Positions 35,600-49,990 are shown, numbered from the stretch's first letter. The stretch is DNA of 64,000 nucleotides from Takakia lepidozioides (GCA_030704615.1 CM060733.1:63426001-63490000); one strand, 5' to 3'. Notes: a model not told the origin generated them from the sequence alone. Numbers and translations are program-made.

Positions 35600-38500
35600 A
35601 CGCTTCTTCCGCTTTTGAGGTCGCCCTTCGAAAGCTGCAACCGCCTCGGATGCGTTTCCCATTTCTGAGGCACGCACCCAAGATGCCTCCACATGATGAT
35701 AGCCCTTCCATTTGACGAGATACTCGTTTCTCGGTTCTTGAACCTCCTCGACTTAAGTATTGCCTCCACCTCGTACTCAGGTTCATTTTCATGATCCAAC
35801 AGCATAGGTGGCGGACGCAACACTTGATGCCGATTCGGACGCGCTTCATCTTTGAAGTAAGGCTTCAAAAGGGAGACATGGAATACTGGGTGCACCTTGC
35901 TGTTTGCCGGCAGCTCCAATTCATACACATCCTCATTCATAACCTTCCGAATGCGAAAGGGTCCCGCATACGGAGGTACGAACTTCGGACTCACTTCCGG
36001 AGGTAGTCGGAAATTCTTGATGTTCAACCAGACCTCGTGCCTGCCTCAAACTTCACTTCCCTCCGCTTCCGATTCGCCTGCCTTTCATACCGTTTCCTAG
36101 CTTTGGCAATGTTGTACTTTGCGAGCTTCAACAAACGCTCGCGTTCTTCCAGTACCGCCGCTACTGCCGGTTCCTCAACGTCCTGGCGGCCCAACTTGTC
36201 GGCACCAGAGGTGCTTTTCCATAGACCAATACGAAAGGGGAAACTCCCGTTGCGGAGTGTTCTGTGTTATTATAACAGAACTCTGCCGCGTCTAAGTGTT
36301 CCACCCAGTCTGTTTGGTCTGCCGACACGTAATTCCGCAAGATCTGCTTCACTACGGAATTCACTCTTTCTGTTTGGCCGTCGGTCGTAGGTCGGAAGGC
36401 GGTGCTCATCTTCAGCCTCGTCCCCATCTTCTTCCAAAGTGCCCTCCAAAATTTACTCGTAAACTTTGGATCGCGGTCCGAGACAATATCCTTCGGGACT
36501 CCATGATGCTTTAAGACGTGGGCGAAGTAAAGTCGCCCTGTCTCCTGCGCCGTTGCCGTCTCCTTGGTGGGGATGAAATGGCCCATTTTACTGAACCTAT
36601 CCACCACCACCATGATTGCATCGAATCCTTTTGACAGCGGCATAGCAGTCATGAAATCCATCGAGACGCTTTCCCAAGTCCCCTCTGGAATCGCAAGGGT
36701 TGTAACAGCCCCGCTTGCTTTTTGTACTCGCTCCGGTTTTGTTGGCATGTGGTGCATGTCTTGACATACTCCTCTGCCTCCTCCCTCAGTTTGGGCCAGA
36801 AATACTCTTTCTTCAAGAGTGCCGCAGTGCGCTTGGCTCCGCCGTGGCCCGCAAGCGGGCTATCATGGCATCTCCTACTGATCCCTCCCTTTGGCACGTA
36901 GAGACTTTTTGCTTATACCGGAGCAGTCCATTTTGCAAGTGGAACTGCGATTTAACCCCCATCCTCAAGTCCTGCATCACGGACTTCGCCAGCTCATCCT
37001 TCCGGCAAGCCTTCCGGATCTTCCTTTGGAGCGCCGTCTCGCCCCTGTACACCAACAGAGCTGCTGCTTTCTACTTAAAGCATCGGCCACCACATTGTCC
37101 CGTCCCGGTTTGTACTGGATATCCACGTCGAACACCGCCAAAGTATCTTGCCACCTAAGTTGTTTTGGGGACAACTTGGGCTGCGTGGCAAAATACTTCA
37201 CGTGACATTGTCCGTGAACACCTTCACTGGGTTGGAACCAACATAGTGGCGCCAAAGCTCAAGGCAATGCACCACCGCCTTCATCTCTTTTTCGTGCGTC
37301 GGCCACCGTCGCTCCACTTCATTCAGTTTCTTACTTTCGTAAGCCACTGGACGTCCATCTTGCATAAGTACACCCCCAATCGCGAAGTCCGACGCATCTG
37401 TATGAATCTCAAATGGACGATCGAACTCCGGGATTTTCAAGACTGGAGCTTCCGCCATCCGCTGCTTCAATTCAGCAAAAGCTTGGCCACAAAATGTGTT
37501 CCATACCCAGACTTTGGATTTACACAGAAGGTCCGACAGCGGCCCCGCGATCTTGGCGAAATTTCTCACATACTTCCGGTAATAGGAGGCGAGTCCTAGG
37601 AAGGATCGCACTCCCGGGACCGAAGTCGGAGGCTCCCAGTCCAAGATCGCCCTCACCTTTCTGTCATCCATTTTGATCCCATCCTGTGTAATCACATGCC
37701 CCAAGAACTCCACTTTCGTGACCCCGAATTCGCACTTTGAAGCTTTGGCATACAGCTTCCCTTCTCGCAATTTTTGGAACACCCTTTTGAGGTGCTCCAG
37801 GTGCTCCTCCTTTGTTTTCGAGTACACCAAGATGTCGTCGATGTACACGATCACAAAGTCATCCAACCACTCCTGAAAAGGCTGTTCATCAGTGCTAAAT
37901 GTCGCTGGTGCATTGGTGAGCCCAAAAGGCATCACCAAGAACTCATATGAACCATACCTTGTCCTGCACGCGGTCTTCTCCTCATCTCCTTCCGCCACCC
38001 GAATTTGATGATAGCCGGAGCGCAAGTCGATCCGGCTGAAATACTTCGCTCCTGCCAACCGATCGAAGAGGTCGTCGATCCTTGGCAAAGGGTACCGGTT
38101 TTTGATAGTCACCTTATTCAGAGCCCTGTAATCGACACACATCCGCAACGTCCCATCCTTCTTGTCTGCGAATAGCACCGGGGCTCCGTAAGGTGACTTA
38201 CTCGGCCGGATGTACCCCTTTGACATTAGATCCTTGAGCTGAGTCTTCAGCTCGACCAACTCCCTGTGGCTCAACCGGTAGGGTGCCTTGGCAGGCGGTT
38301 CCGATCCCGGTATCACCTCAATCTTGTGGTCAACTCCTCTTCGCGGTGGCAAGCCGCTTGGTAAATCCTCCGGCATCACATCCTGGTATTTCTCCAAAAT
38401 CCCTTGATCCAATCTGGGCTCGGCTCCCCATCGCCTTCTCCCTTCACTTCTCTAATGTAAAGCAAAAACTGGGGTTCGTGTGCCTCCTCCACGGCCCACT

Positions 38501-40130
38501 CCCTTGCTGACAGAAGGTTTATTCGCCCTCCCACGGATTTGGGCGTTTCCGACACTCGTAAGACCTCGCCACCATTCCCACATGGCAGCGTGACTACTCT
38601 CTTGCGGCCATCTATGACCGCTCCGGATTTGCTCAAAAAGGTCATCCCCAAAATGAGATCACTCCATCGATCTCGCAGATGGTGAAGTTCTCACGTCCCT
38701 CCCAACTCCCCAGTTGAAGAGGAACATCAAACGCCAACCTTGTCGCCAACTGTGGTTCTCCTTTGGCAGAACGCACCTCAATAGAGGCCCCCACGTCACT
38801 TGTCGGGAGTCCCAGCTTTTGTGCCGTTGCCGGTGTCATGAAGGAGTGCGACGCTCCTGTGTCCACCAACAACGACATTAGTTCCGGATATTATCCCATC
38901 CACGAACAATAACTGACTCCCTTTCGTAAGGCGCCAGTTTCCTGATACAACTCACAAGAAAATTTGCCTACCTTGCAAGTCCTGGCGACCACCGCTTCCA
39001 CCAAGCGACTGATGGTATCTTCCGACAGCTCCGTGGTCGCCCGAGTCATGTTCAATTGCCGGGGCTTCGTGCACTTCTTGGCCATGTGCCCGGGCTCCCC
39101 GCAATTGAAACACACTCCATCAAAGGTCGCCTTCTGTCCGCCATAAGCCGCTCCACCCGCTTTTCCTTTCGAAGCACCGGGTGCCGCCTTGACGTGTGAA
39201 GGCCCTCCCTTCGATTTCACGTGCCATTGTCGCCGCGTGGCCTATCCCACTTCTTTTCCGGTCGGAAGGAGTCACCTTCCCGCCGGGTCTTCTTGTGGTT
39301 CAGCTCCGTACGGCCTTGTCTCTCACCCCTAGGGACATCCGAGAAACATTCAGCCCTCTCAATTGCCTCGTCAAAGTCTTGGGTGGCTTCTCCTCCAACT
39401 TCCGCCTGGCCCATGGGGCCAGTCCGCCACAAAGTTGAAGACCATTTCTGGTTCTGCCATGTCCGCGACTTCGAGCAACAGCACATTGAAAGCCTGGACA
39501 TACCCCCGAATGTCATCTGTTTGCTTCAAATTCCTCATCTTGTCCCGGGCAAGCCAGGACGCGTTGAGGGGCACAAACTGTCTCTTCATCAATTCCTTGA
39601 ACCCACTCCAGTTCAAGGTTTCCGGGCTTGGACCTCGGTCGTGAAGGTGTTTCTGCCACCATTGTTGAGCATAGCCCCTCAAATAGGTGGGAGCCACTTC
39701 CACCCGATCCTCGTCACTCAACTTGGCCGCCCGGAAGTACTGCTCTAGCTCCAGGAGCCAGGTGTTGAGTGCCTTCCGATTTCGGACGCCCTCGAAGGTG
39801 CCGGGTTCCTTAGGCTTCACCTTAAACTTTGCCTTAGTGGAAGTGGCATTAGCCGCCTTCAACACGTCTTTCAACGTCCCGCCAAACTGCGCCAACAACC
39901 CTTCCCAAAAGGCTGCCGGCATGGGAGGCATCTCTTGGTTTCTCGGAGCTCTCAAGGATTCCTCGGGCTCCGACTCCTCGGATTCCTCCCGCTCTTGAGC
40001 GGCCTCGTTTTCGGAAACATGCATCGCTTCCTCAAACGGCCGCCTCGGTGACACGTCGCCCCCATCGGGCTCACCGGGATCATCATCTTTTGGGCCGTTC
40101 CGCTTTCGCTTCGGCTTGCCCGACCCCATG
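35600..40130 (-). pseudogene. Chromovirus gag-pol with several 1-bp frameshifts
   Basis: [58 protein letters not shown], and chromodomain EYEVEAIL...YLVKWKGY...ASW at ~35630-35780. Confidence 0.93.
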
Positions 40131-40170
40131 ATGAGGCCAATCCCAAGGACGATCGCGTACTGAACTCTAA

Positions 40171-40182
40171 GCTCTGATACCA
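40171..40182 (-). promoter_or_regulatory. PBS complementary to initiator tRNA-Met
   Basis: TGGTATCAGAGC, 2 nt after the 5' LTR. Confidence 0.95.
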
Positions 40183-41129
40183 AGTGTCGCGCACCTCACT
40201 TGGTAAGCTCCCCTCAAGTCATAGTTACTCGCTTTGATGCGCGCGCCTGACTCCCAACCTGGCCGCCGGGCCAACTTGGAGCTTGGCTGCTCACCGGGGC
40301 ATAACGGTCCCCCTTGTTCTCCCAAAAACCCTCCACCTATTTGGAACCAGGGAATTCCCTTTGGTAGTTGGCAGTCCGGAACAGCTCCCCACTCTTTGGT
40401 CGCTTTCCGGCTCGCTCGCTTACTCACTAGTTTTTGGTCACCAACGGGCTTGCACCGTTCTCGGGGTTACTACTCCCTATATATACTTCTGTAGCTGTCC
40501 GCGGGGTTTCACAACCAGCCATGCCATTTTATGGCGAACCACCACGAAAACCCTCGACTCCCGGTGATGAGTCGCGGTGAGTCTTGGCCCGCTCACCACG
40601 GCCCCTATGGACCGTGATGAGTCCCAAGACTCCCCACGACTCCCACCACGAGGTCTCCGCCCCCATGGTGAGTCCTATGCCACCCCCACTAAGTCCCGCT
40701 AAGCTACCACCACCCCTTGTGGAGCCACCCCCACCGCAACCCGGTGTGCGGGGCTCCACCTAGTGAGCGCCTCCGCCTCCTTGAGTGCCTTGGGCACTCA
40801 AGGGTGCTTCAGCCCCCATACCTATCGCTGCCGCTGCCCCACCACAGGGGCAGCCCCTCATGTGTCCCAACCCCTTGCTCTCAAGGCAAAGGGCCGCGAC
40901 ACGGTGAGCCTACGCTCACGTGAGTGGTGCTGCCCCATGATTTTGCATAAAGGTACTGTGCGCAATTACGCAGATGACACCCATAACCGCGGGCAGTATG
41001 TCTTTGTACGCATGCCAGATTATATGAAGATCACAGTTGCCAAGGAACCAACCGATTGCTGCGATATTGACAGTGGGCACAATGAAGATTAGTACTTAAG
41101 GGGAAGGTGGTATAATGGATGGGTAATTA

Positions 41130-42145
41130 GGGTTTTCTTTAGGGTTTTTTTTTTCCCCGCAGATACCACTGAATTTTTTCCTTGTTTTTTCGGGTTTTAA
41201 AGGTTTTTAGGGTTTTCTTAGGGGGTTCTTAGGGGGGTTTTATTTTCCCCGCAAATTCCACTGAAAGTGGTATGCGGTGCCGATCACTTTCAGGGGATTT
41301 TTTTTGGGGGGGTTTTAGGGTTTTCTTAGGGTTTTAGTGTGTGGTGCCACTGAAAGAGATGTGCGGTGCCGCACACCCATTTTAAGGATTTGTTTTTACT
41401 TGTTTTGGGGGTTTTTTAGGGTTTTAAGGGTTTTTAGGTTTTTTAAAGGTTTTTTCTTAGTGTGCGGTGCTAGTGAAAGAGGTGTGCGGTGCCGCACACC
41501 CTTTTTCAAGGGTTCGTTTCTCTTTTTTTGGGGTTTTAAAGGTTTTTTTAGGGTTTTTTTAGGGGTTTTTTTAAAAGTTTTTTTAAGTTTTTTTTTTTTC
41601 GCCACTGAAAGTGGTGTGCGGTACAGCACTTTCAGGGTTAATTTTTTTGGGGGGTTTTTTTTAGGGTTTTTTAGGGTTTTTTTTCCCTTCATAACACGTG
41701 TCAATGTATGAATGGAGGTTGTTCAGTGATGTTAAAGTGATATTGCTTACTACCTATAGTATAACCCTAATCGTGCACATGTCTTCTTGTCATCTATACT
41801 TCTACTGCTATAATGATTCTACCTACTGTAGTTTACTACCTATACTGACAACCAGCATGTAGCCCAGTGGTAATGGGCACATACCACTGGATGTGGTTGT
41901 GGGTTCAAACCACGGTCTGGTATGTCATGAAGGTGTCCAGTTGGAAGGCAGTAGCCCTTGTGGTGAAGTGACACCATAAGTTACGCTTCCTTCGGGATGC
42001 GTCATGGTGTGCGGTGCCGCACACCATTTTCAGGGGTTTTTTTATAGGGTTTTTTTGGGGGTTTGTTTTGCCCGCAGATGCCACTGAAAGTGGTGTGCGG
42101 TGCTGCACACCACTTTCAGGGGATATGTTTTTTGTTTTTTTTTGC
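41130..42145. repeat. Array of ~35-bp palindromes separated by T-rich, TTTAGGG-like spacers
   Basis: About six copies of CTGAAAGTGGTGTGCGGTGCCGCACACCACTTTCAG at ~41260, 41349, 41473, 41605, 42005 and 42084. Confidence 0.85.
41852..41920 (+). other. tRNA-like Pol III head (SINE-like or pseudo-tRNA)
   Basis: A box TAGCCCAGTGG (41860-41870), B box GGTTCAAACC (41902-41911), CCAG...CTGG ends. No convincing anticodon arm. Confidence 0.4.
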
Positions 42146-43599
42146 AATTGCCACTCACAATGGTGTCGTCTTGTTTGCTATATGCAGCATATGTCAGGAA
42201 TTGACAGTCCTACCTATTCATTGAAGCCATGTGCTCTTCTTTCATAATGGGGTCTAATTTCATCATACTGTACATGCCTATTCCCACGGTTATAGGTTGA
42301 GCGGGAATAGGTACTCTTTCTTCGATCGCCTGTCCTGTGGCATTTGCTGATGTGGCATCCGCTCACGTTGGCATGGCCTGAGCGTGGGCTCACGCCACGT
42401 CAGCCCCTGCTTGAGCGTGTGCTCACCGCTCACGCCTCACTGCTCACGCCGTAGCGTCGCTCTAAAGGACTAAGCATATACACAACCCAAGTTATTGTTG
42501 CCTGATCACAACTCTTTGACCTATCATACAGAATAATTAGGCTTGGAGTGGGCAAACCAAAGCCTTGTCAAGGTGCAGCCAAGTCAAAAAATGCTACACT
42601 GTAGCTTTGTCTAAAAACAAATAGCCACCAATAGAATGTATGTATTCTAGGAGGCTAAAACTGGAAATGCAGATAACATAATAGAATTAAAGGCTTGTGG
42701 AAGAGCAGACGATTGCGACATGGCGTCCAACATTTGCATCCAAATGAGCAAACAAAGTGACTAGTTTGCTGAAGGCAAAGAGAAGCTTATCGGATAAGAG
42801 AGACTTCCTGAAAACCCTCAGGGCGCCGCTGCTACTTAAATGAACATTCAAGAGAACAATAGGCAACTAGTTCGATTGCCCTGCAAAAGAATGCAGCTAC
42901 CAGCAAAGGGGTTGAAGGCTTGCCGCCATTGCACATGCCAGGACCTGTAAAAGAGCCTGGAATTTTGCTGCCAGGCTGCATAGCCTTCATTACGCAACTT
43001 CAGAAGCATCAAACGCCCTATAATCATGCTGTATGAGCACTTTACCGCCATCACTCACCTCCAACATAAACTCAGGCACAAGAATCGTGCGTTTTTAGGG
43101 TTAGAGAAGTGATACGGCAAGAAACCTCTTACGATTTCATGCATTCGGGATGAAATCTCTTAACAGCTGATAATTATCAGTAAACACTTCACGGTTTTCA
43201 TCTCTGTTGTCATCCGGTATGGATGCCATCCAGACAGGATGGAAAAAATATATATATGGGTAGTTCTCATCTGGTATGGATGAGGCCCCTAAAATTAATC
43301 AAGGATGAAACAAGCTCAAAATATTTCCAAACCAGATAGGCTTAAGGAATAAATGGGTTAGGCCTGAACCGATAACTGGAGAGAGGGAGAGAGAGGGAAG
43401 ATACTCATGTCATGTCAAGACATGGACAAGACCCATAGGGTCATTATCAATTAAAGACATAAACAACCCATAAACAGGGCACCATCTAACACCTCCATTC
43501 TAGTCATGACTTCCCAATTGATTTCACCCAATCATTCATGATAAAACAGGGTGGGAGGGCCGGGTTTGTTTATGTGTAGGTCATGACAACAAGACTAGC

Positions 43600-44400
43600 A
43601 TATAAGCAAGCATCTTGTGTACTGAAAAATCAGATTGCTGCAGCCTGTCATACCCTTTCCTGGCATCATAATTACAACAAGACATGCCAAAACATCTTGT
43701 GTATGTGAAGCCAACCTGCAATATTACAGATTCAAGACATGCCCTTCAATCAAACATCTTGGGTATGACAAAATAATTTGCAGCCTTCCTTATCAGTATT
43801 ACCCCAAGACATGCATCATGCAAGACATCTTGGGCAAGTAAGAAACACCTGCCATATTACAGATTCAAGATATGTACACACAAGCATCTTGATGGACCAG
43901 CCTGCAGTTTGGGCAAATTCCAAGCATGCAACCAAGTAACCCTCTTGGGCATGACAAAGCATATTGTAGCCTCATTCTTTACCATTGGTAAGTAACCCAA
44001 GACATGCATCATGCAAGGCTCTTTGGGTAGGTAAGAACAGCCTGTCCTACTACAGATTCAGGATATGTTCATACAAGTACCTTGACGGACGAGTCTGCAA
44101 TTAATCAGATTTCAAGCATGCAACCAAGTAAACTTCTTGGGCATGACAAAACATATTGCAGCTTCATACTACAGATTCAAGACATGTATGCACAAGCATC
44201 TTGATGGACCAGCTTGCAGTATATTATATTCCAAACATGCAACCAAGTGACCCTCTTGGACATGATAAGGCAGACTGCAACTTTATTCTACACCATGTAT
44301 AATTGCCCCAAGACATGTATCATGTAAGGCATTTTGGCATGGAAGAAATGCCTGCCATATTACACATTCAAGATATAGACACACAAACACTTTGAGTGCC
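43600..44400. repeat. Degenerate tandem repeat (~120-190 bp period)
   Basis: Recurrent TACAGATTCAAGA, CAAGCATGCAACCAAGTAAC and CCCAAGACATGCATCATGCAAG blocks. Confidence 0.75.
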
Positions 44401-47400
44401 CAAGACCAAGCCCACTTGGCCAAAAAATAAATCATACATTGCAGGTGCCTGGTCTGATGGCAAAATAAGGCAAACAATCTCTGGCAAAGGTCCAGTAGAG
44501 CTTACCAACACTGTTTTTTAGGAGGCTATGTGCCAGGTTTTGCAAATAAAACCTTACTATGCTCCATTCCACATCAAATCCAGGTCTGAAAGAGGCCTGT
44601 CATTGCCTTATCAGGCTGCCATCTTTAAAAACAGAGCCTCCTCTTCCTTAACAACCATTGATGCCTTACCCATAAACCATAACTCTTCTTTAAGGCCAAA
44701 ACAGTACCTAGCTTAATAATCCATAGGCAATGCTGTCAAAGATTCAAGACAAGGTAGGGTCCAGATGCTAGGCTTCAAGAGACAAGCCTGTCAGGCCGAA
44801 GTGCTCCATCAAAGGCAGCAAAACATAAGTCAAAAGTAAGCATCAACATGCCAAACCAGGAGCAAGTGGGCAGAAATCGGGGCTGCGGGCAGCAGCCAAG
44901 TCAAGACGCCACTAGGTTCCCTTTGTCCACATCCTTATCTGCAAGATCAAGAGAATTCAAAGCAAATAGGGATCCTCACCTGGTCCCATCACAAGCCCCC
45001 ACAAAAACCAACAGGTTAGTGAGGATTGTGGAACCCCAGGTGACCCCTACACTTGTCATCGATATCAACTAAGAACCTCAAAAGCAAGAGAGAAAGACAT
45101 AAAGCAAAATGAACCCTAATTACCAAAAGCACCTTGAGCGATTGGGGAAGATAATTGTGCGCCATCGCCACCAGCAAGCCACCTCCAGCAAAGCTAAGGA
45201 GAGGTGAAGCATATAAGCACTCTTGCTAGGTTTAAGAAAGGAGAGAGAGATACTTCCCAACACAAGCGCCGTTGCGAAAATTAAAAGCCAGAGGAGGGAA
45301 AGAGACGATGCATGCACAACATTGTCTCCTGCCTGTGAGAAGAGACAAAGTGCCGCCATTGCGCATCCCTAGGAGATCGTCCAGCATGGGTACGATGCAG
45401 CAAACAGGGTAGCAGCAAAACGCAGACGCCATAACTCTCATCCCGCGAGCCCAGAAGCACGAGCAATGCTTCTGACGGCGGGAGAGACACCCTAGGGCTC
45501 ATGCCCGATTTTTCATCCGTGCTGGATGAGTAATCAACACCATATTTTTCGAAACCCGACGGATGTCATCCGTTAGCTAGGTTTAAACAATAGGTTATAG
45601 GGTAGGGGTTAGGGTTTCACTCCTTAATTAACCATAATTAAGGGTAATTAATCATCAGTCCAGGGCCATCATAAGCTGTACATTTCATCCGGTTCAGATG
45701 AAAAAGTCAATGAGTTCATCCGTTGGGGAAAGTTCGTCAGTAGGATGGAAAAACATTAAATATCATCCAAAGCATCGGTTTCACATTCTAACAGGTAATT
45801 CAACATCCCCAAAAAAAATGCCTCATCCAATACGGAAAAAAGCCATAAAAGAGGAATGAACGAATTAATATCCTGGTATTTTTCATCCGGTATGGATGGA
45901 AATATATATATATATATATATAATATATATGATGCCAGTATCAACCCCCCACAGAGGTAATTCCTCATTCTTTGGTGACTCATCTGGTATGGATGAAAGT
46001 CAATAAAAGAGGAATGAAAAAAACATAGACTCAGCTTAGAGGTAATTTAGTGTCCACCCAGGTAATTCATCTGGTATGGATAAAAAAGTTATAGGGCGGG
46101 TGAAAAAACTGTTTAGAGTCCATCCCGTATAGATGATAAAACAGGAAAAAACACTGATAAAACCGGCCAGTTCCAAGGAGGGAGGAGAGAGGGAGGGAGA
46201 GAGAGCAGCTGCTCGGTCACTCCCCCCCCCACCTTGTTTTTATTTTTTTGAGCCCCTCTCTCCCTCTCTAGTTTGTTTTTTTTGCGAGCAGCACAAAATA
46301 GAGGTAGAGAGAGGGAGAGAGGGGGTAATTGGACTCGTCTTGTCAAGACAAAGACAATTCAGTCAAGGAAATTTGGACTGGAAACTGGAAATGACAAATC
46401 AGCCCCATAACAGGGCACTATCATTAAAGGACCTGGACCAGGTTTAATAGGAAATAAATAGGGTGGGAGGGTGGGGTAATGGGTGAAACATTAATGTTTC
46501 AAGAAAGGCAGCTGACTGAATTATAGTACCAGACTTCGTTGGAATACCATCAGCACTTAGATTGTTCAAATATCAATCACATTCCATTCAAAAGTTAACT
46601 CCAAAGCCCCATATTCATTCATAGCCCTTTAATTGTTACTGTAAGGCATATGAAGGGGGATTGGTATAACCTTCAGACATAGCATAACGTTTCTGGCTGC
46701 ATTTCATAACAGAACTACAGTGCCATAGGCCAGTCTGGACTAAGTTATCGCCGTAGAAAGAAATGAGTCTCAAACATGAATTGTAGGTGTCTTGCTGCAT
46801 TTTACTTACACAGATAACCCTGTGCAAAGTGCTTTCTAAGCAGAAAACATCTTTAGCCAGTCATGTTTTTTATTCCATGAATAGGTACAGATCTGGAAAT
46901 AGTATTCCAGCACCTTATCAAACTGATTCAAAGCAGAGATGATACAAAGAGCATGTTTACATCCACTTAGCCAAAACCAGGTCATATCCTATGTTCAAAA
47001 CCACTTAACTGTTTCCAACTGTTTCAAACAGTTTGGTTTTTATTCCATGAGCAGGTAATGGTGATAGTAATCCAGCACCACATAACAAACATTCATAGTA
47101 TACATATTCTCATAGAAAGAATTGAGCCCTAACCATGAGCTGCAGGTTCTTTGTTGCTTTGTACTTACACAAATAAGCCTGTGTAAAGTGGTCTTCAATC
47201 AAAGACACCTTCAGATATTCTGGCCAAATCCAAAACATATGGTCCAGATCCAAAAAACACTCAGCCAGATCCAAACATATGGTCTGAAACCATCATCCGG
47301 TGGAATTACAGGGACCACTATTTTCAGATCCATTCTAGCTAGAAAATAAAATGTACTTTCCCAAAACATAAAGAAGGGGGGGGGGAAGTCTGTGTAGGAC

Positions 47401-48799
47401 TTGTCTTGGCTGGTATGCATCATGTACCATCCCATAGTAAAAAAAAGTTGGAAAGAAGCAGGGTTAACAGTTTGTGTGGGATAAGTTTCAAACTCCCCTG
47501 TTCTTCCTCTCCACTTGTAGCTTCACTGTCGCATTAAACCCTGGTCCATCTCTTAGCTGCATCCCACATAGCAATAATTCATAGAAAGTAGAAGACCCTC
47601 ACCTGTCGCCCGTCCCAAAAACAAAACACCAAGGTGAGTGTTAGTGAGGACGCTCAAGGTGCATAACGGATCTTCTACGCGTGCTTATATAGCTTTCCAA
47701 AATGAAACTATGCTAACGCAAGATACAACAAGAGGTATAGAGTCAAGTTCTAATGTCTTGGACTCTTGGACATGCTGCATATGAGGTATTGACACCTCCC
47801 ATAACAAACAAACAGTGAAATCTTAGGGTTACAGCAAAAAACTACTGTAATGAACCCCCTGCCAATTCCTGCATCAGGTTTGGACATAATCTGAAAGACT
47901 ATCAAGCCATAGTCAGATTTATCGATGAACGGTGGTGGGCAGGTAGCCGCTGACGTGTGAGGGTGGGTCCCGGAATTGTCCAAAAACCCAAAAACACCTC
48001 TCGTCCTTTAGGGGTTAAGCAGCCACCAGGATGATTGTAACCAACACCCTTTTCATCGTGAGGTTTGCACATATATCTTTTCTGCCTTCTTGAATGAACC
48101 CTACAGGTATGAAACATCCAGGAAAAAAACATACATGGTTGTACTTGGTTTAATCAGAAAACTGAATTTTAACCAACTACCAAGATGATAATATTATATG
48201 GAATACCAAATGCTCGACAATTTCACTATCATCTACAACCCTCGAGAAATCATCTACGACCCTCAACAAATCATCTACAACCCTGGACAAATCAACCACT
48301 AGTGGTTGTAGATGATTGGTCCAGGGTTGATTTTGTGGGCAAACGGTATGCGTTGAAATACCAAATGCCCATGTCTTCATCCCACTTGTTCAGCAAATAT
48401 TCTCTAATAGATTTTTAAATCCTTCAAATTCATGCTTAGATGCTTTCATCTTTGATTTGTCGGGCATTTGGTACACGAAGGAATACCGTATGACCACGAC
48501 CCTCGACAAATCAACTTAGTTGTTCACACCACTTGTTGACAACATGGGCGTCAACAACGTAGGTGGCGCCACTAAGGCAGCCGGCGCCAACAAGGTTCGT
48601 GGCGCCACTAAGGGAGGCGCCGCCATGTTGTTGGCACAACTTAGTTCAGATTGGCACAACCTAATTTCTGATATATATATATACGTAGAGGGTTTAGGGT
48701 CATTTGCATAATTCAAATATGATGAGACCTTGTCTTTAAGAATGTTGGACTATACCGTAATAATTTGATGATATTTAAAGAACAACTAGATCTAATATG

Positions 48800-49990
48800 T
48801 GGACGTATATCTATAGTGTTCTAGTTTATTCGTATTACTTAGAGTTTTTATATTATGAGATATGCAATAAAATATTGTGAATTAAAAAATCACAAAGGGG
48901 TAGAGATTGAATTAAAATATATCCTATAACAGCCTTATTAAATGCATATGAAATATCACAATTAAGTGTTCACTCTTACATGTGTTTCTATTATTATATT
49001 GGTCATTTATATGTACAGAGTCTCATAAGTATAATATTTTCATTGTCCTGCAATAAGTTATTTTTAATTAAAAATACAAGGATGTGTGAGACCGGATTAT
49101 AAAAAAATAAAAAATAAAATTAAAATGCAGATAAGATTTCATAATTTAATATTCACTCGTACACGCACTTGCTATTATTATATAGATCATTTATGTGTAT
49201 CCCATGAATTCAAGAAGATTATGAGTAACCTATGCATAGGATGGATGCATAGGAATTGTGATAAAGAACAATTGGATCTAATAACATGTGTGCACATATA
49301 CTCTATAGTTTTCTAGTTTGTTCGTAATACTTGGAATTTTAATATTTTGTATTAAAAATAACTACAAATATGTGACAGATCGAATTAAAATCTATCCTAT
49401 AACAGCCTTTTTAAATGCATATAAAATATCACAATTCCCTGTTCATTCTTACATGCACCTCCTATTATTATATTGATCATTTATGTGTACAAAAAATTTC
49501 ATTGTCGTGCAATGAGTTGTTTTAGATAAAAAATCACATGGATTTGGGAGATCAAATTGAAAAAATGAATAACAAATATCATTTTAATATGCAGATTAGA
49601 TTGTATAATTCAATATTCAATCTAACATGCACCTCCTATTATTATATAGATCATTTATGTGTATCGGATGAACTAAGTGACCAATACAACTGAGTGTTCT
49701 GAGTGTTCTAAATGACCTATACATAGGCTGCACGATTTAGAGATGATGTAGATATATAGTCAATGCATTTCGGTACTTAAATACTTATAAATGTTTGAAA
49801 ATTTGTGTTCATAAAACTTAGAATGTTTTGTATTGCTAGACATGCAATGCAATGTTCTCAATAAAAAATCACAAGGATGCGACAAACGAAATATAAAAGA
49901 TTATATAGCATCATTTATAAATAGGTATAAGTTTTAACAATTTAATTTTCATTTCTGCAATGTACATGACACATGTACCCCCCAATATTA
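48800..49990. repeat. AT-rich tandem duplication (~480 bp) with shorter internal repeats
   Basis: 48806 onward resembles 49297 onward; CTATTATTATAT..TCATTTAT recurs four to five times. Confidence 0.65.

Larger units (their letters stand above)
33957..40901 (-). mobile_element. Full-length Ty3/Gypsy chromovirus (Galadriel-like)
   Basis: LTRs at 33957-34683 and 40185-40901 (TG...CA), TSD CGGTG, Met-i PBS, and gag-PR-RT-RH-IN-chromodomain. Confidence 0.96.
33932..42464. mobile_element. Putative non-autonomous DNA transposon (~1.6 kb once the nested Gypsy is removed)
   Basis: Imperfect inverted termini: GATGCTAGATCGTGAGCGGTGAG versus GACGCTACGGCGTGAGCAGTGAG (reverse complement of the right end). 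GCTCACG subterminal repeats at both ends. Confidence 0.4.

Noticed and set aside
41852-41920. Functional tRNA gene
   Set aside because: A and B boxes are present, but there is no proper cloverleaf or anticodon stem.
41130-42145. CRISPR array or true telomere
   Set aside because: The spacers are low-complexity and related to each other, and the TTTAGGG units are degenerate and interstitial.
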